Source: an uncultured Mycoplasmatota bacterium
Lineage (GTDB): Bacteria; Bacillota_I; Bacilli_A; RF39; UBA660
Reading direction: 5' to 3'
NCBI GenBank assembly: GCA_946497955.1
Contig: CAMMMH010000001.1
Span: 5,147-69,146 of the forward strand
DNA: 64,000 bases
Position numbers and translations under genes: made by a program. The notes under the pieces were generated by a model. That model worked only from the letters and a program-made list of their open reading frames with translations, did no database searches and was not told the DNA's origin. This document shows, in pieces, positions 60,569 through 64,000 of the stretch (positions are counted from its first letter, which is position 1; each line of letters begins with the position of its first letter).

Positions 60569-61690
60569 TTACTTAACTATCCAAAATGTTGGTATATCTC
60601 TAAGACCATCTTTACCACCTGCTACTGGTGTATTGATAATCTCATTATTGATTACTAAAGCACTAGAGCTACCTCCATCCATATTAGCTGAGTTTACAGC
60701 ACCATAGTTTTCCATTATCTCTGTTAAATCTCCCATATCTGCACCAATAGATGTTGCAAGACGGCCATTAATTACTAAGAATAAGACAATACCATCTTCT
60801 CTTTGCCCAATAGCAGTACGAGGTGCAATCCCCCAACCACCATTACCTTTAACAAAACTACTCTTACCATTTACGATTAAGAAAGGTCCAAACTCAATGG
60901 CATCCCTCATCCCCATATCAAGTGCTTCTTCCTTAGTCATCTTAGCAAGTACTAGTTTATTATCTTTAGTAAAGCCAACAAAGCCTCCACCCATCTGGGC
61001 ATCTTCAAAATCACTTACAATCTTACCATTTTGGATAACTGTTCCATGAGGAAGAGCCCCATTACTATTCCAATCAGGGTCATAAAAGCCGCCAGCATTA
61101 ATAGCAATAATAGCATTTTCTCTCTTTGCAACTGTAGTAATCGTTTCTCCTCTTTTACCAAGATAAGCCGTTGTCGCAATAGAAACACGAGACGGGTCAT
61201 ATATCGCTACTAAATAACCTTGATAGCCACTACCACTAACTTCAATAACTTTATATAAATCATTTCCTGGGTCTTTTGTTAAAATTTGTTTTTCATATTC
61301 ATTTTTATAAATCTTAGCATTAGTATCATAATCTTTAAAATTAATTAAATCAGGATTAGTATTTTCATCTACTTCAATTATATGATTGTTAGATAACACT
61401 TCATTAATAACATCATCATTATAAAACCAAGTAGCAAGATATTGATGAGACATAGAAGTCATCGCTGAAGTTATCCAAAAGTTACGAAAGCCACTTATCG
61501 GTCCATAAAAAAGAAATAAAGAAAGAGAACTTCCTATTATAAACAAAGCGATTATTATCTTTGTAATTAACTTTTTCTCTTTTCTTTTTTCTTTTTTTAT
61601 TTCACTAGCAATACTAGGCATTAAAATTGTCTTATCTAAGTCATTTCTATTCATCAGGTACCACTCCTGTATTATCCTCTTCTTCATCAC
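60569..61690 (-). CDS. phosphodiester glycosidase family protein (DUF2233/NAGPA-like), membrane anchored
   Basis: N-terminal TM; AINAGGF and MDGGSSSAL motifs typical of the family. Confidence 0.6.
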   Translation of the reverse strand: MMKKRIIQEWYLMNRNDLDKTILMPSIASEIKKEKRKEKKLITKIIIALFIIGSSLSLFLFYGPISGFRNFWITSAMTSMSHQYLATWFYNDDVINEVLSNNHIIEVDENTNPDLINFKDYDTNAKIYKNEYEKQILTKDPGNDLYKVIEVSGSGYQGYLVAIYDPSRVSIATTAYLGKRGETITTVAKRENAIIAINAGGFYDPDWNSNGALPHGTVIQNGKIVSDFEDAQMGGGFVGFTKDNKLVLAKMTKEEALDMGMRDAIEFGPFLIVNGKSSFVKGNGGWGIAPRTAIGQREDGIVLFLVINGRLATSIGADMGDLTEIMENYGAVNSANMDGGSSSALVINNEIINTPVAGGKDGLRDIPTFWIVK

Positions 61691-62285
61691 TTATTTCTTT
61701 TTCTACTTCCTTTTTACCATTATACTCTCTATCACCATTTATATCTAGATAATCTCTATCTAACTTTATCTTTTCTAATTTAGTATCACTACTATTAGTA
61801 TCAGTTAACCATTTATTATAAGAAGTAATTAAATTATTATAACTATTAACATCACTTACATAAGTATTAACTACCTCTTCATAAGAAGAAATAATCGCTT
61901 CACACTTATTATTAACATCCGCTTCAGGATGTAAAACATTAATACATTTATCTTTTACTCCATTATAATCTTTATCAATTTTCTCTAAACTATCCTTATA
62001 ATTATTAAATATCTCTTTATAACTAGCATCATTATCTTTTAAAGTTTGATAATACATATTATCAGTAATAACATTAGTATAGATATCTTCTCTAATACTA
62101 TTAAAGCTCTCTACATCAGTTTTAAAAGTCTTATAAGACTCTCTTACTTCATCCATTCGTCTTTTAACTTCAGCTTGGTCACTATTATAATTAATAACTA
62201 TATAAGAAACAATTCCAATAATAATTAATAAAAAACCAATAAATATTAAAATACCTAGATGTTTATTATGACTTTTCGCTTCCAT
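61647..62285 (-). CDS. membrane-anchored coiled-coil hypothetical protein
   Basis: N-terminal TM, Asn/Tyr-rich alpha-helical body, acidic tail. Confidence 0.4.
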   Translation of the reverse strand: MEAKSHNKHLGILIFIGFLLIIIGIVSYIVINYNSDQAEVKRRMDEVRESYKTFKTDVESFNSIREDIYTNVITDNMYYQTLKDNDASYKEIFNNYKDSLEKIDKDYNGVKDKCINVLHPEADVNNKCEAIISSYEEVVNTYVSDVNSYNNLITSYNKWLTDTNSSDTKLEKIKLDRDYLDINGDREYNGKKEVEKEISDEEEDNTGVVPDE

Positions 62286-62297
62286 AAAACTACACTC

Positions 62298-63623
62298 CTA
62301 ATCTTTTAAGAAATCATTCTTCTCTTGTTTTAATCTTTTCTTTATTTCTCTTTTAGTCTTTCTTTTACTACTATTCTTAGTATGTAATGCGATTAAGAAA
62401 ATTATTAATAATAAAACTATTAAACAAGTAAGACCAACTATTATATATGAATTAATCTTTAACTCATCATTTAGGCTCTCTACTTCTTCAGTATAATATC
62501 TTTGGATACTCTTATCAACACTATCATATAAATATAAACCTTTCTTACCTGTTTCAACATTCTCGCCATAGACTAAATAATATTTAGATTTTTTATTTAA
62601 TTTATAGACAGTATATTTTTCTCCATCTATAGTAACGGTATATTTCTTATAATTAGCAGGATATTTTCCCTTATCTAAAAGATGAATTGTAAGGTTTCCA
62701 CCACTTAACTCTTGGTATAAAGAATATTTTCCATCATCATAAGTATAAAACTTAATATTACCTTTATCATCTTTTAAAGCGACTAAAGTAAGGTCTAAGG
62801 CTTCTATTTTATAAGCAGGAACTTCTTCATCATTTATTTTAACAGTAGTCTCTACATAATAATCTTTAACTAAGTCTTTTAACTCATCACTTTTTCTAAC
62901 TACACTTAAATCTTCTTTATCTACTTTTACATTAATAGGGTCTTTTTCTTTAACATTAACAACTATTGTATAAGTCTTAGTAGAACCATTTTCAGCTTCT
63001 ACCACCACATTTATAGTATTAGCACCTTCTCCTACTTCTATATCACCAATACCACTAACTCTGGCCTTACTATCATTTGCCGTCGCTTTAACATTAACAC
63101 TAGTAGTATCACTATCTACTTCTACTTTATAATTAGTAGTATTTTTATTAAACTCTGGACTGAGTGTATAACCTTCTACTTCTAGACTAGCAAGATTATT
63201 GTCACTACTATAGTTTTTCTCTACTTCCCCACGACTAATTAAATTAATTGTTGTACTATCAGTTGGACTAGTAACTACTTCATTCCAAGAAGCGATAGCG
63301 GTATTAACAACAGATATAGTAGTAGAACCAGTACCTTTAACTCTAAAAGTATAAGTATAACTTTGACTAGTTTGTCCTTCTCTATCTACATAACCAACGA
63401 CATGAGTATTACCACTTAAAAGTTGTAGTTTACTACTATCATAATCTAGACTATATTCCCAACTACCTAGTCCACTCGCTTCACTTATAGTAACTCCTAC
63501 TGTAATATTACCTCCAACTGTCCCCGTTGATGTTGTCCCTGCTACTGAAATGGAAGCAGCATCAACAACAGATGGGCAAAAGAAAAGGAAGCTAAGTCCT
63601 AATATAAATAATATTTTCTTCAT
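62298..63623 (-). CDS. cell-surface protein with N-terminal cohesin-like domain, cadherin-like beta-sandwich domain and C-terminal membrane anchor
   Basis: Signal peptide; SWEYSLDYDSSKLQLLSG cohesin-type signature; LASLEVEGYTLSPEFNKNTTNYKVEV cadherin-like motif; C-terminal TM plus basic tail. Confidence 0.55.
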   Translation of the reverse strand: MKKILFILGLSFLFFCPSVVDAASISVAGTTSTGTVGGNITVGVTISEASGLGSWEYSLDYDSSKLQLLSGNTHVVGYVDREGQTSQSYTYTFRVKGTGSTTISVVNTAIASWNEVVTSPTDSTTINLISRGEVEKNYSSDNNLASLEVEGYTLSPEFNKNTTNYKVEVDSDTTSVNVKATANDSKARVSGIGDIEVGEGANTINVVVEAENGSTKTYTIVVNVKEKDPINVKVDKEDLSVVRKSDELKDLVKDYYVETTVKINDEEVPAYKIEALDLTLVALKDDKGNIKFYTYDDGKYSLYQELSGGNLTIHLLDKGKYPANYKKYTVTIDGEKYTVYKLNKKSKYYLVYGENVETGKKGLYLYDSVDKSIQRYYTEEVESLNDELKINSYIIVGLTCLIVLLLIIFLIALHTKNSSKRKTKREIKKRLKQEKNDFLKD

Positions 63624-63629
63624 AAAGCA

Positions 63630-64000
63630 TCATCCCTGTTCTATAACATTATTTCCTAGTAATTGTTTTTGAACTCTTAATAAGTCAACAACATCAATCT
63701 TACCATCTCTATTAGTATCACTAGCTTTTTTATCATAAGTAGATAGACTACTACTTCCTAAAATATCTTTTTGTACTCTAAGTAAATCAAGAATACTAAC
63801 TTTACCATCACCATTATTATCACCATAGATAACTACTTTATAAGACTTCGTAGTAGAACCATTAGTAATTACTAAAGTATCCCCTGTACCAACATTACCA
63901 CTAGCTTTATTTCCATATCTATCTAAATAACTAGTAACTTTCAAATTAGCATTAACACTACTTAACTTACTATTAATTACATCAACATTAGTATTAAAGG
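63630..64000 (-). CDS. dockerin-containing protein, C-terminal part (gene continues beyond window end)
   Basis: Two dockerin type-I Ca-binding repeats (YGDNNGDGKVSILDLLRVQK / DTNRDGKIDVVDLLRVQK). Frame is open to the window edge upstream of the TTG at 63944. Confidence 0.65.
   Translation of the reverse strand, partial: FNTNVDVINSKLSSVNANLKVTSYLDRYGNKASGNVGTGDTLVITNGSTTKSYKVVIYGDNNGDGKVSILDLLRVQKDILGSSSLSTYDKKASDTNRDGKIDVVDLLRVQKQLLGNNVIEQG

Overview
This is a very AT-rich, low-GC Firmicutes chromosomal segment that is gene-dense with most genes on the minus strand. The organism looks like a spore-former: sigK, a YjcZ-like small protein, and a SEDS, comEC and comEA cluster are all present. 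Housekeeping content includes def, a T-box-led HAD-pheS-pheT operon, frr, yqeH/yqeG, priA, rluD-lspA-dnaE, rpmB, trmL, greA, ftsK, a FolD-like gene, sodA and desulfoferrodoxin. Four accessory pockets stand out. (1) A two-gene operon (34752-37281) encodes a HerA/VirB4-superfamily ATPase and a Cys-rich multi-CxxC protein, wedged between greA and an AraC/GyrI regulator; I cannot match it to a known system. (2) A type III toxin-antitoxin locus (53239-54008) has a ToxN/AbiQ-like toxin preceded by a promoter, two 49-nt tandem repeats with compensatory stem changes, and a terminator hairpin; an orphan copy of the same repeat family sits at 9484-9577. (3) An accessory block (52246-60313) ends at tRNA-Leu(GAG). 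It carries the TA, a YolD plus Y-family polymerase pair behind a Cheo/LexA box, an AlbA_2/HATPase_c_4 regulator with 11-bp iterons, and a large protein with an N-terminal nucleoside 2-deoxyribosyltransferase-like (SLOG-type) domain; no integrase is seen. (4) Cohesin and dockerin module proteins lie at the window end. No rRNA or CRISPR array is present. Functional calls rest on motif recognition by eye and should be verified by homology search.
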